From Alphaproteobacteria bacterium (GTDB lineage: Bacteria > Pseudomonadota > Alphaproteobacteria > UBA828): DNA of 64,000 nt. Made by a program: the position numbers and the translations under genes. A model generated the notes under the pieces. That model worked only from the letters and a program-made list of their open reading frames with translations. It was not told where the DNA came from and did no database searches. Position 1 is the stretch's first letter; each line of letters starts with the position of its first letter. Positions 27,314 to 37,157 of this stretch are shown piece after piece. The stretch spans positions 384,001 to 448,000 of the forward strand of contig CAXXVO010000008.1 of assembly GCA_963422645.2 (NCBI GenBank), written 5' to 3'.

Positions 27314-30300
27314 TCCGCGCTGGTCCCGCGGGGTGCGGGTTCGTCCAGAGCCGTGCTCAGCCGTTCGCGCTTGCGCTGCTGACGGGTCGCTACAATCGCC
27401 AGCAGCGGCGGGACGATCAGCAGCGTGAGCACGGCGGAGAGTGCCAGACCACCGATGACCACCGAACCGAGGCCGCGGTAGAGCTCGGAGCCCGCGCCGG
27501 GGAACAACACCAGCGGCAGCATGCCGAACACACTGGTGAGCGTCGACATGAAGATCGGTCGAATCCGATTCCTGGTTGCGGAGACGATCGCGTCCGCGAC
27601 CGCCATCTGCTCCTCCCGCATGTGAAACAGGGTCTGGTGAACGAGCAGGATAGCGTTGTTGACGACAATGCCGACCAGGATGACGAAGCCAAGGAGCGTC
27701 AGCATGTCGAGCGGCTGGAAGGTATAGGTGTTGACCGCCGCAAGCCCCAACAGGCCGCCTGCGGCGGCGAGCGGCACCGAGAGCATGATGACGAAGGGGT
27801 AGACGAAGCTCTCAAAGAGCACGGCCATGATCAGGTAGACGATCGCGATAGCGACCAATAGATTGATCGCCATCGCATCCCACGTGGCCTCGAGGTCGTC
27901 GGCGGTGCCGGACAGCCTGATTTTCACCCCCGGCGGCAGCCCGCGCCCCTCCAACGCCTGCACCACGCCCGTCTCCAGCCTTTCCAGCGCGACCTCGAGC
28001 GGTATGTCCCCGGCAGGGCGGACTTCCAGGGTGATGGTGCGCTCGCGTTCGACGTGGCGAATCTTGGTCGGCCCCGCCGTGACGACGATATCGGCGAGCG
28101 AACTGGCCGGCACGATGGAGCCCGCCCTGGTCACCACCGGCAGGCTCTCGATGCCCTGCGTGCGATCGACGTTGGCGTCCGGCCCCGCCAGAATCAGGTC
28201 GAAGCGCTTGGCGTCGATGGTCACCTCATCCACCTTGAGGCCGTCGTTGTAAGCCTCGATCGTAGCGCCGAACTCACGCGTGGAGACTCCGTTGTCAGCG
28301 AGCTTGACGGGGTCGGGCAACAGGCGCACCTCGGGCGCGCCGAGCTCCAGGCCCGGTTTGGGTCGGAACTGGTTGCCTTGATCGAAGGGTAGCGCCTGGG
28401 CCAGGAGGCCGGTCGCCTGCAGCGCGATACCGAGCACGGTCTCCAGGTCGGGACCCGAGATATCCACATCGATCTTGCGTCCGCCGCCGATCCCGCGGCC
28501 GAACAAGGATGCCTGGCTGACGAAGCCGAAGGTGCCTGGCTCGAAGAACACCGGGGTGCGAATCGGGTCGATCAACTCGCCGGCCCGGTCGGCCTCGACC
28601 GCGACCGCGCCCACGAAGGCCTGATCGCGGAATGTCACGAAGAAGAAGCGCTCCATCTTCGGCGGCTGGCCGGGCTGGGCGTCCGGCCCGGTCTCGGATC
28701 GCCAGAGAGGACGCACCGCGTCCTCGACCGAGCGCGCGATGCCCATGGTGGTCTCGAGATTGTAGCCGGGTGGCGGCAGGAGGACGCCGAACACAAGGTT
28801 GCGGTTGCCGGTCGGCAGGTAGTCGAGCCGGGGCAGCAGCAGCCACGAGACGAAGAGCGCGCCGCCGCAGACCACGACCGCCACCGCGGCCGCACGCAAT
28901 CGGCGGCGCACGACCCATCCGGTGAAGGCCAGCACGACGCGGACGAAGAGCGCGGCCAAGTCGTCGATGATGGGCAAACGAAGCCGGTAGGGCGCTTCCT
29001 CCGCAACCGCATGCGACGCGGAGACATCGCGGTCTCTCCTTCGCCTGCGCCCGAGGATCCGGCTCGCGAGCGACGGGATCACGGTGCTCGCCACGATCAG
29101 CGAAAGCACGACCGAGACCGAGATCGCCACGGCGATGTCGCGGAAGAGCTGGCCGGCCTCCAGCTCCATCACCAGAATTGGCACGAAGACGAGCACCGTG
29201 GTCGCAGCCGAGACGAACACCGCGCCCCAGACCTGCCGCGCGCCGTGATAAGCGGCCTGCAGGCGCCCGTAGCCGTTCTGCCTGAGCCGATAAATGTTCT
29301 CCAGCACCACGATTGCGGCGTCCACCACCATGCCGACGGCGAAGGCGAGGCCCGCGAGCGAGATCACGTTGATCGAACGACCGAGAATCGCCATCGCCAC
29401 GAACGAGCCCACGACCGAGACCGGAATTGCGATGGAGACGATCAGGGTCGCGGAGAAGGAGCGCAGGAAGAGCAGCAGGATCAGCGCGGCCAGCGCGCCG
29501 CCGACGAAAATGTTCTGCTGTACGAGATCGATGGCGGAATTGATGTAGACGGTTTCGTCATAGACCTGATCGAAGACGAGCCCGGCCTGCGGAATCGCCG
29601 CGGCGTTGAGCCCCGCCACGGCCTCCTTGATGCGCGCCATGGTCTCGATCACGTTTGCGCCGGTCTCGCGCACCACGTTGACGGCGAGCGCCGGCTGGCC
29701 GAGCTGGCGAATGCGGGCGACGGGATCCTTGTGACGGTAGGCGACCGTCGCGATATCGCCCATGGTGACCCGGCCGAGCCGGCCCGAGAGCGGGTCGCTC
29801 TCTGAGCGCAGCACGACGCTGGCGATCCGTTCCGGCGTGTTGAGCTCACCGTCGGTGCGCACCACGTAGCGGCGCTTGCCCTCCTCGACATCGCCGGCGG
29901 AGATCGAAGCGTTAGACCGCCGCAGCGCGTCTGCGATCTCGGTCACGGTGAGGCCGTAGCGCGCCATCCGGTCGGGATCGGCGGTGATGCGAAGCTCCCG
30001 TTGGGTGCCGCCGAAAACGTTGACGCGCGCCACACCTTGTACACGCTCCAGGCGCTCCTGAATCACGTCCTCGACGAAGTCGCCGTAGGTGTGGATCGGG
30101 CGCTCGTTGCCCGGTTTTCGCGAGAGGATGAACCAGGCAATCGGCTGGTCTTCCGAGCCGGCAGCGTTGATGATCGGCTCGGCGGCATCGTTTGGCTGGT
30201 CGGGCACCCGGTCCAGCCTGTTGGCAACCAGCACGAGCGCCCGGTCCATGTCGGTGCCGACGGCGAACTCCAGTTCGATCTGACCAACGCCATCGTCGGC

Positions 30301-30549
30301 TGAGCCGATCATGCGGTTCAGCCCTTCGAGACCTTTGAACACCTCCTCCTGCTGAGTGACGATCTCGCGCTCGACCTCGGCGGGGGCTGCGCCAGGCCAG
30401 TAAGTCTCGACGTTGAGGACCGGCTTGCGGACATCGGGCGTGAGCTGGATCGGGATCGTCTGCAGCGCGACGAGGCCGAACATGACCACCATCAGAATCG
30501 CCGCGACGACCGCGATCGGACGGTCGATGGCCAGCCTGATCAGGTTCAT
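27310..30549 (-). CDS. RND (AcrB-family) efflux permease
   Basis: 1079 aa, 'GMVVDAAIVVLENI', 'GIVVNNAILLV', 'RIRPIFMSTLT'. Confidence 0.96.
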   Translation of the reverse strand: MNLIRLAIDRPIAVVAAILMVVMFGLVALQTIPIQLTPDVRKPVLNVETYWPGAAPAEVEREIVTQQEEVFKGLEGLNRMIGSADDGVGQIELEFAVGTDMDRALVLVANRLDRVPDQPNDAAEPIINAAGSEDQPIAWFILSRKPGNERPIHTYGDFVEDVIQERLERVQGVARVNVFGGTQRELRITADPDRMARYGLTVTEIADALRRSNASISAGDVEEGKRRYVVRTDGELNTPERIASVVLRSESDPLSGRLGRVTMGDIATVAYRHKDPVARIRQLGQPALAVNVVRETGANVIETMARIKEAVAGLNAAAIPQAGLVFDQVYDETVYINSAIDLVQQNIFVGGALAALILLLFLRSFSATLIVSIAIPVSVVGSFVAMAILGRSINVISLAGLAFAVGMVVDAAIVVLENIYRLRQNGYGRLQAAYHGARQVWGAVFVSAATTVLVFVPILVMELEAGQLFRDIAVAISVSVVLSLIVASTVIPSLASRILGRRRRRDRDVSASHAVAEEAPYRLRLPIIDDLAALFVRVVLAFTGWVVRRRLRAAAVAVVVCGGALFVSWLLLPRLDYLPTGNRNLVFGVLLPPPGYNLETTMGIARSVEDAVRPLWRSETGPDAQPGQPPKMERFFFVTFRDQAFVGAVAVEADRAGELIDPIRTPVFFEPGTFGFVSQASLFGRGIGGGRKIDVDISGPDLETVLGIALQATGLLAQALPFDQGNQFRPKPGLELGAPEVRLLPDPVKLADNGVSTREFGATIEAYNDGLKVDEVTIDAKRFDLILAGPDANVDRTQGIESLPVVTRAGSIVPASSLADIVVTAGPTKIRHVERERTITLEVRPAGDIPLEVALERLETGVVQALEGRGLPPGVKIRLSGTADDLEATWDAMAINLLVAIAIVYLIMAVLFESFVYPFVIMLSVPLAAAGGLLGLAAVNTYTFQPLDMLTLLGFVILVGIVVNNAILLVHQTLFHMREEQMAVADAIVSATRNRIRPIFMSTLTSVFGMLPLVLFPGAGSELYRGLGSVVIGGLALSAVLTLLIVPPLLAIVATRQQRKRERLSTALDEPAPRGTSAE

Positions 30550-30573
30550 CGCTCGGGCACGCCCCTAGCCCGG

Positions 30574-31707
30574 CTAGCCGGCGCCGCCGACGGTGATCGC
30601 CTGACCGGGACGGAGGCGCTCGTTGCCGCGCACCACGACCGGCTCGCCGGGGCCGACACCGCCCATTACCTCGAAGCGGCCGCCGACAGCGACGCCCAGC
30701 TGCACCGGGCGGATTTGTGCCTGCCCGTCCTTGGCGACGTAGACGAAGGCCTGGCCCTGCCTGCGCACGATGGCGTCCTTGTGCACCGTCAGCACGTCGC
30801 GCCCACCCCCGGTCGGCAGCTCCACCGTCGCCGACTGGTTGATCGCGAGCGGCTTGCGCAGCGTCGAGAAGCGCGGCGTGAAGCGAACCTGGCGGGTGCG
30901 CGTGAGAGCGTTCTCCTCGGGCACGACCGTGCGCACGATTGCCGTGTGTTCGGTCCCGTCGTCGAGGACGACCGAGACCTGCGCGCCGGCTTGCAGTGCC
31001 TCAATTCGGCTCGACGGCACATCGGCCTCGACCTCGAGATCCTGGTCATTGACCATGGCCACCACCCGCTCGCCGACACCGAGCCAGGCGCCCACCTCGG
31101 TGTAAACGAGGGTGATGACGCCGGGATAGGGCGCCGTGACCGTGGCCCACTCGAGGTCGATCTCGGCAAGCCTGAGGCTCGCCGACGCGCTGAGCCGAGC
31201 GGCGTCGGCCGTGCCGATCGCGCTCTCGGCGATGATGACCTGCTGCCGAGCGTCCTCGAAGCGGCTCTGACTGAACGCGGCCGATTCCCGCAGCCCCTCG
31301 AAGCGGCGCAACTCCTGTCGGTGCAGCGCCGACTGGGCTGTCAGCCGCTCCACCTGAGCCTGAGCCTCATTGACGATCGCCGCCAGGCGGTTGCGCTCGG
31401 CCCGAAGACGGACCGTGTCGAGTTCGGCGATGGGATCGCCCGTCTCCACGCGATCGCCGACGGCGACGTGGAGCTGGGCCACCGGGCCTGCGGTACGTGC
31501 AGCGACCTCGCCCGCCCGGCGCGCGACCAGGCGCCCGATCACCGGCACGGTCTGAGCCATCGCCTCCATGCGCACCTGGTCGACGGAGACCACGGCCGGC
31601 GGCTGCTGCGCCGCCCCCTCGGGCGCGCCCGCACCGAGCCAGAGCGCCGCGGCGACGGCGGCGGCAGCAAGACCACGAAAGCGGCTCCGTCTCTGGCGCT
31701 CGCTCAC
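30574..31707 (-). CDS. RND membrane-fusion (periplasmic adaptor) protein
   Basis: Signal anchor, lipoyl 'V.VGDRVE.GD', hairpin helix, 'VTAPYPG', 'VVVRGNERLRPG'. Confidence 0.93.
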   Translation of the reverse strand: MSERQRRSRFRGLAAAAVAAALWLGAGAPEGAAQQPPAVVSVDQVRMEAMAQTVPVIGRLVARRAGEVAARTAGPVAQLHVAVGDRVETGDPIAELDTVRLRAERNRLAAIVNEAQAQVERLTAQSALHRQELRRFEGLRESAAFSQSRFEDARQQVIIAESAIGTADAARLSASASLRLAEIDLEWATVTAPYPGVITLVYTEVGAWLGVGERVVAMVNDQDLEVEADVPSSRIEALQAGAQVSVVLDDGTEHTAIVRTVVPEENALTRTRQVRFTPRFSTLRKPLAINQSATVELPTGGGRDVLTVHKDAIVRRQGQAFVYVAKDGQAQIRPVQLGVAVGGRFEVMGGVGPGEPVVVRGNERLRPGQAITVGGAG

Positions 31708-32153
31708 CGAATGTCTCCCCTGCCCGGTCCCCTCTTCCGCGATCGAGCGACCACCCCCGCGCGGTTCAGGGCGATGATCTCCGGCGCCGCCATGCGCCCG
31801 CTCCCGATTGCGTCGTCGGGCTCCATGAAGAGCAGCTCGACCGGCTCATCCGGCGGCGTCACCGGCTCGCCGCCTCCCCGAACCTCGTAGAACATGGGCG
31901 TGTAGAGCCCGTGAATCCAGTGACTGTAAAGGGTTCCCGGCGCATGGAGCAGGCGAATGGGCTCGATCTCGAGGTTCCCCTCCTCCATGAACTCGCGCCT
32001 CAGCGCCTGCTCCGGCGTCTCGCCAGCCTCTACGGCGCCGCCGGGGAGCTTGAGCACATCGCGGCTTCCGACCTGCTCTGCAGCGATCAGCACCCGGCCG
32101 CCGCGCAGCAGCACGCCGTAGACGCGCAAGTTCGCCGGGCCCTGCTGAGTCAC
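31704..32153 (-). CDS. NUDIX hydrolase
   Basis: Nudix box PGGAVEAGETPEQALRREFMEEGN. Confidence 0.9.
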   Translation of the reverse strand: MTQQGPANLRVYGVLLRGGRVLIAAEQVGSRDVLKLPGGAVEAGETPEQALRREFMEEGNLEIEPIRLLHAPGTLYSHWIHGLYTPMFYEVRGGGEPVTPPDEPVELLFMEPDDAIGSGRMAAPEIIALNRAGVVARSRKRGPGRGDIR

Positions 32154-32324
32154 GGTTCATCCCTCATGGTCATGCGCTGCGCGACCCGCCCTTTCTGGCA
32201 TCGTGCCAGCCGTTTCTACACGAAGCGGATGCGCGGGTCACAATGAAGGCTGCACGCCCGCGATGGGGCGAGAGACGCATGGCGCCACGCCGCCGGCCGG
32301 GCTATAAGCCCACGCGGAGGCACA

Positions 32325-33380
32325 ATGGCAAGAAAACCCCTGAGCGGCTCGGCGGTCGGCATCATCGCCAACCCCGCCGCCGGCCGCGATATCAGGCGCC
32401 TGGTCGCCCAGGCATCGGTGTTTCCGATTGCCGAGAAGCGCAACATGATCACGCGCATCTTCTCGGCGCTCGGCGCAGTCGGTGTGAGCACCTGCTACAT
32501 GATTCCGGACGAGAGCGGCATCGCCGACCGGGTGAAGCGGGCGATCGGCGTTGGCCCGCCCCAAGGCCAGGTCTGGCCCGAGGTGGAGTTCCTCGACATG
32601 CCGATCGAGGGAACGCCCGCCGACACGCTCGAAGCCACCGTGCGCATGGTCGAGCGTGGGGTGGGCGGCATCGTCGTGCTCGGCGGCGACGGCACCAATC
32701 GGCTGGTCGCACAGGCCTGCGACGGCGTGCCGCTGACCTCGCTCTCCACCGGGACCAACAACGTCTTCCCGATGATGCGCGAAGCGACCATCGCTGGCCT
32801 CGCGGCCGGAATGGTGGCAACCGGCGCGCTATCCAGGGAGGAGGCGGCGCGACGCAACAAGGTGCTGCGCGTGACGATCGGCGGCACGCCGCGGGACATC
32901 GCGCTCGTCGATGTCTGCGTCTGCGGCGAGACCTGGACCGGGGCAAAGGCGCTCTGGCGGGCAGACGCGCTCGACCAGCTCTTCGTGACCTTCGCCGAGG
33001 CCGACGCCATCGGCCTCTCCTCCATCGCTGGTCTCGTGCGCCCGGTCTCGCGCGACGATCCGACCGGCGTGGCCGTCGATCTGGCCGCAGCGCCGGGCGC
33101 GGCACGGACAGTCTCGGCGCCGCTCGCGCCCGGGTTGATGGCCGAGATCGGGGTCGAGCGGGTGGCCGACATGGAGGCTGGTGTAGCGCATCCCATTCGG
33201 CTGGAGCGCGGTGTCGTGGCGCTCGACGGCGAGCGCGAAATCGCCTTCGGCCCCAATGACCGGGTGGCGGTGGTGCTGCAGCCCGACGGCCCCTTCACCG
33301 TCGAGATTGCCCGGGCGATGGCGCTGGCGGCTCAGAGTGGGTTGCTCGAACAGTCGGCAGCTGCGGACCCGTCCGCGTGA
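32325..33380 (+). CDS. AcoX-like ATP-NAD kinase-fold protein
   Basis: 'GIIANPAAGRDIRRLVA', 'LGGDGT', 'STGTNNVFP', 'ALDGERE'. Confidence 0.85.
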   Translation: MARKPLSGSAVGIIANPAAGRDIRRLVAQASVFPIAEKRNMITRIFSALGAVGVSTCYMIPDESGIADRVKRAIGVGPPQGQVWPEVEFLDMPIEGTPADTLEATVRMVERGVGGIVVLGGDGTNRLVAQACDGVPLTSLSTGTNNVFPMMREATIAGLAAGMVATGALSREEAARRNKVLRVTIGGTPRDIALVDVCVCGETWTGAKALWRADALDQLFVTFAEADAIGLSSIAGLVRPVSRDDPTGVAVDLAAAPGAARTVSAPLAPGLMAEIGVERVADMEAGVAHPIRLERGVVALDGEREIAFGPNDRVAVVLQPDGPFTVEIARAMALAAQSGLLEQSAAADPSA

Positions 33381-33523
33381 CGACCCTTCGGCCGGCCCGA
33401 AAGCGTCGCCGCGTCGGCGTACGCGCTGGAACTATCGCGCAAGCACGTCTCCGCGCACACGAAGGGCTTGCCCAGCGGCCGGCTTCGGCTAACATGCGCG
33501 GCGACAACTGACGGGGAAGGGCC

Positions 33524-33802
33524 GTGGCTATCTTGGACGAGCATCGAACGCGTCGACTGCGCCAGCTCTGGCGCTCCGGCGAAGGGCCTTCGCTCTTGGC
33601 CGCGCTGATCTTCTGCGTCGTCACTGCCTACCTGATGGCGAGTGCGGACCTTCTTCCTGCGGAAGACGGATACGGCATGGCCGGGGTCCTCTTCATTTAC
33701 GTCACGATCTTCGTGTTGGTGGGCGGAATCTGCAAGATGCTGCTGAAGCCGGCGATGCGGTTGTGGGCCAAGACCCGCGCCGGGAGCGGCGACGCGGCCT
33801 GA
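33524..33802 (+). CDS. Small two-TM membrane protein
   Basis: 92 aa with two hydrophobic segments and a purine-rich RBS. Confidence 0.55.
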   Translation: MAILDEHRTRRLRQLWRSGEGPSLLAALIFCVVTAYLMASADLLPAEDGYGMAGVLFIYVTIFVLVGGICKMLLKPAMRLWAKTRAGSGDAA

Positions 33803-33840
33803 GGCCCCTGGCGCCGCCTGCCGCCGCGCCCGTATCCCTT

Positions 33841-34836
33841 TTGTCCCTTCAGGACTCTGAGCCATCTGACGATCCGAGCGCCCTACGCCGCGCCCGCGCC
33901 CGTCGCTGGGCCGCGCGCCCGGCGGGCTTCTGGCTCGCGGTCGGGCTGCTCTTCCTCACTGGCGTCCTCTACGGGCTGAGCTATTCGCTCACCGGCGTCG
34001 GAGTCGCCAATGGCATTCCCTTCACCAGCTATGTCCTTCTCATGGGCATGCTCGGAGCCGCGGTCGCGCTGCTCCTCTCCCTCGGCCAGGGGCGCTTGCC
34101 GCCGCTCTCGTGGCGCCATGTGCGCTCGTACGCGATCGCGGGTGTCTCCGGCTACGGAATCCCCTTCCTCACCGTGGGCTACGTCAGCGGCGAGGGCGTG
34201 CCGGCCGGCATCGTCAGCATGCTCGTGGTGCTCTCACCCATCCTCACATACATGGGCGCTGTCGCCTTGCGGCTCGAGCCGATCTGGTGGCCCCGGCTGC
34301 TGGGCTTCGCCGCCGGCATCGTCGGGGTCGCCCTGCTGGTGGTGCCTGAGACCAGCCTGCCCTCGCGCGACCTGGTGCCGTGGATTCTGCTCGCCCTGCT
34401 GTTGCCGGTGGGCTACACGACCACCAGCCTCGCCACGGCGCTGCTGCGCCCGCCGGCGACCGACTCGCTCCACTTCGCGTTCGGCTTCTTCTTCTTCGGC
34501 TCGCTGCCGATCCTCGTGGCGGTGGCCGCGACCGATGGCTGGTGGTGGTTCGAGGGTCCGATGGACCCCGGCGACTGGTCCCTGATCACCAACGTATTCG
34601 TCCAGGGGCTGGGAATTTACCTCTTCGTCGAGCTGACCCGCTTCCTGGGGCCGGTCTTCTTCTCGACCGTGAACTTCATCGTCGCCTTGTCCGGGATCGG
34701 CTGGGGTATCCTCTTCTTCGGCGAGAGCCACAGCCACTGGGTCTGGCTCGCCCTGCTCTGCCTCATGCTGGGCGTCTTCTTCGTCGTCCTGCGTCGCCGC
34801 GAGCGGCCGACGCCGAGGAAAGCCGAGCCGGGCTAG
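33841..34836 (+). CDS. DMT/EamA-family transporter; start approximate
   Basis: About 10 TM helices; 'SPILT...A..L.LE', 'G....FGE' signatures. Confidence 0.85.
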   Translation: MSLQDSEPSDDPSALRRARARRWAARPAGFWLAVGLLFLTGVLYGLSYSLTGVGVANGIPFTSYVLLMGMLGAAVALLLSLGQGRLPPLSWRHVRSYAIAGVSGYGIPFLTVGYVSGEGVPAGIVSMLVVLSPILTYMGAVALRLEPIWWPRLLGFAAGIVGVALLVVPETSLPSRDLVPWILLALLLPVGYTTTSLATALLRPPATDSLHFAFGFFFFGSLPILVAVAATDGWWWFEGPMDPGDWSLITNVFVQGLGIYLFVELTRFLGPVFFSTVNFIVALSGIGWGILFFGESHSHWVWLALLCLMLGVFFVVLRRRERPTPRKAEPG

Positions 34837-34898
34837 ACGCGCTCGAGCCCCCTGCCCGCTCCCGGGGCCGGTGGCGCTGCACTTGCTCCGGATTTGCC

Positions 34899-35774
34899 AT
34901 GTCGATCGCCCACATCGCGCTCGCTCTCGCCGTGACCGTCCTCTGGGGCTTCACCTTCGTGGTCATGCGAGAGCTGCTCGACGCCCTGCCGCCGCTCATG
35001 GTGGCCGGGCTCCGCGTCGCCACCGCGGCGCTGCCCGTCCTGATCCTCTTTCGCCCGCCGGCGATCCCCTGGTACTGGACCCTGGGAATCGGCCTGACCC
35101 AGGGCACGATCCAGATGTCGCTGCTGCTCTTCGGCATGGAATTCGGCATGCCGGCGGGCCTCAGCTCGCTCCTGCTCCAGTCCCAGGTCTTCTTCACCAC
35201 GATCTTCGCCTTCGCGATCCTGGGCGAGAGGCCGGGGCGCGCCCAGTATACGGGCATCGCCGTCTCCGGCGCGGGCATCGCGATCATCGGCCTCACGCTG
35301 CCGGGCGGGCCGACCCTCGCCGGCCTCGGCTTCGTCATCGTAGCCGCGCTGAGCTGGGCCTGTTCCAACATGATCATCAAGCTCGCCGGCACCGACGACC
35401 TGCTCCGCCTGATCGCCTGGGCGCACCTGATCGGCGTGCTGCCCCTGCTCGGGCTCTCCTATATCTTCGAGGGAGGCCCGGCGGCCTTCACCGCGCTCGC
35501 CGACATCACCTGGATCACCATCGGCGAGCTCTTCTTCCTCGGGCTGATCGCCACCTGCTTCGGCTTCATGCTGTGGAGCTACCTGCTGCGCCGCTATCCG
35601 GCCTATCTGGTGACGCCCTTCTCGCTGGTTATCCCCATCTCGGGCCTGATCAGCACCGCGCTGCTGCTGGACGAGAGCCTGGGCCCCCAACGGCTCGCAG
35701 GCGTGGGGCTGGTCTTCGTCGGCCTCGTCCTGGCAACGCTCCGCCTCCGCGCCGGCCGTGCCGTGCGTCTATAG
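34899..35774 (+). CDS. EamA-family exporter
   Basis: 'LWGFTFVV', 'GMPAGLSSLLLQSQVFFT', 'LGER', 'PFSLVIPISG'. Confidence 0.9.
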   Translation: MSIAHIALALAVTVLWGFTFVVMRELLDALPPLMVAGLRVATAALPVLILFRPPAIPWYWTLGIGLTQGTIQMSLLLFGMEFGMPAGLSSLLLQSQVFFTTIFAFAILGERPGRAQYTGIAVSGAGIAIIGLTLPGGPTLAGLGFVIVAALSWACSNMIIKLAGTDDLLRLIAWAHLIGVLPLLGLSYIFEGGPAAFTALADITWITIGELFFLGLIATCFGFMLWSYLLRRYPAYLVTPFSLVIPISGLISTALLLDESLGPQRLAGVGLVFVGLVLATLRLRAGRAVRL

Positions 35775-35822
35775 CGGGGAGGCTGGCAACCGAGGCAGCG
35801 CGCGGGTACTCTCCGTCCCGTC

Positions 35823-36687
35823 ATGCAGAAATCCAGCACGCTCCTCGCCCGCACCCTCCTCGCAACCGGCCTCGCGCTTGGCCTCGCCCTCGCCGCCGCC
35901 GGGCCTGCTCAGGCAGAGGTCGTCTGCGATCCCGAAGCAATAGAGGAGGGCCGCTGCGATCCCGCCGCTCCCGCCAAGACCATGGGCGACGGAGACGCCG
36001 CGTCGCTCGGCGATCTGCCGGTGGAGGCAATCCGGCAGATCATCCGCGACTATCTCCTCGAGCAGCCTGAGCTGCTGATCGAGGTCCAGCAGGCGCTGCA
36101 GGCCAAGCGGGATGCGGAGGCCGCCGCCTTGGCCGAGCAGGCCATTCAGAGCCATCGCGACGAGATCTATTCGGATCCGGAGGCACCGGTCGCCGGCAAT
36201 CCCGAGGGCGCCATCGTGCTGGTCGAATTCTTCGACTATCGCTGCGGCTACTGCCGGCGCGTCGGGCCCACGCTGGAGACCCTGCTCGCGGAGAACGACG
36301 ATCTGCGCATCGCCTTCAAGGAGTTCCCGATCCTGGGGCCGGGAATCCACGCTGGCCTCGCGCGCGGCACTCGCGTCGCGGGCGCAAGGCCTCTACGAGC
36401 CCTTCCACTGGGCGTTGATGGGTACCGACGGCCCCTTCGACCTCGACCATATTCTCGGGGTCGCGCGCTCGGTCGGCCTCGATGACGAGCGGCTCGCGCG
36501 CGACATGGAGGATCCGGCCATCGATACGCTGATCGACCGGAACGCCGTGCTCGCCAATATCCTGGGGATCCGGGGCACGCCGGCCTTCGTCGTCGGCGAC
36601 CGCATGATTCGCGGCGCCCTGCCCATCGCGCAGTTCCGCACCGCCATCGCGGACGCACGCCAGGCCCTGGCAAAGAGCACCCAATAA
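35823..36687 (+). pseudogene. DsbA/Com1-family thiol oxidoreductase with a +1 frameshift near 36340 (possible sequencing error)
   Basis: 'EFFDYRCGYC' and 'KEFPILG' in the first frame; 'ES.LASRAALA', 'GIRGTPAFVVG' continue in the 36112..36687 frame. Confidence 0.85.
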
Positions 36688-36798
36688 CCCGGAGTTCCCG
36701 CCGCCGTCGCGCGCGAACGCGCGACGCGGAGGCACCGGCCGGTCGCGCCGGCAGGCGCGCAGAATCGAAGGGTTAGCGGCTGCTGCGAGCGATAAAAT

Positions 36799-36835
36799 GT
36801 CAGAGCGTTTCCGTGTGAAGCGGAAACGCTCTGAC
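36799..36835. repeat. Perfect 15-bp inverted repeat (REP-like palindrome)
   Basis: gtcagagcgtttccg-tgtgaag-cggaaacgctctgac. Confidence 0.85.
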
Positions 36836-36840
36836 CGAAT

Positions 36841-36869
36841 GAAAAGGGCGGGCCCGAAGGCCCGCCCAG
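36841..36869 (-). terminator. Intrinsic terminator of the amt operon
   Basis: gggcgggcc-cgaa-ggcccgccc with aaaa on its left (TTTT on the minus strand). Confidence 0.8.
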
Positions 36870-36893
36870 TATCGTAACGACGGTGGTGCGAGG

Positions 36894-37148
36894 TCAGTTC
36901 TGGATCTTGACCTCGTCCTCCGTCGCGATCGCGCCGGTCGCATGGTGCATGGCTCGCTCCATGCCGACCTCGCGGTAGAGCTTGACCGCTTCGCGGTACT
37001 CACTCTCCTCCTGGTGGATCTGGAAGATGTGCCAGCCCACCCAGAGGGCCACGAGGATACCGACCATCGCCGTTTCGGCGCCCACGCCAGGGTACATGGC
37101 GCCGATTTCGGCGGGATTGGTAAAGGAGTCCAAGCCGGTCGAAGCCAT
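36894..37148 (-). CDS. Small single-TM protein co-transcribed with amt
   Basis: 84 aa, RBS ggagg, starts 9 bp after the amt stop, one TM helix. Confidence 0.75.
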   Translation of the reverse strand: MASTGLDSFTNPAEIGAMYPGVGAETAMVGILVALWVGWHIFQIHQEESEYREAVKLYREVGMERAMHHATGAIATEDEVKIQN

Positions 37149-37157
37149 CTGCGCCTC

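Noticed and set aside
32325-33380. Acetoin catabolism operon
   Set aside because: The acoX-like gene is alone; no acoABC in the window.
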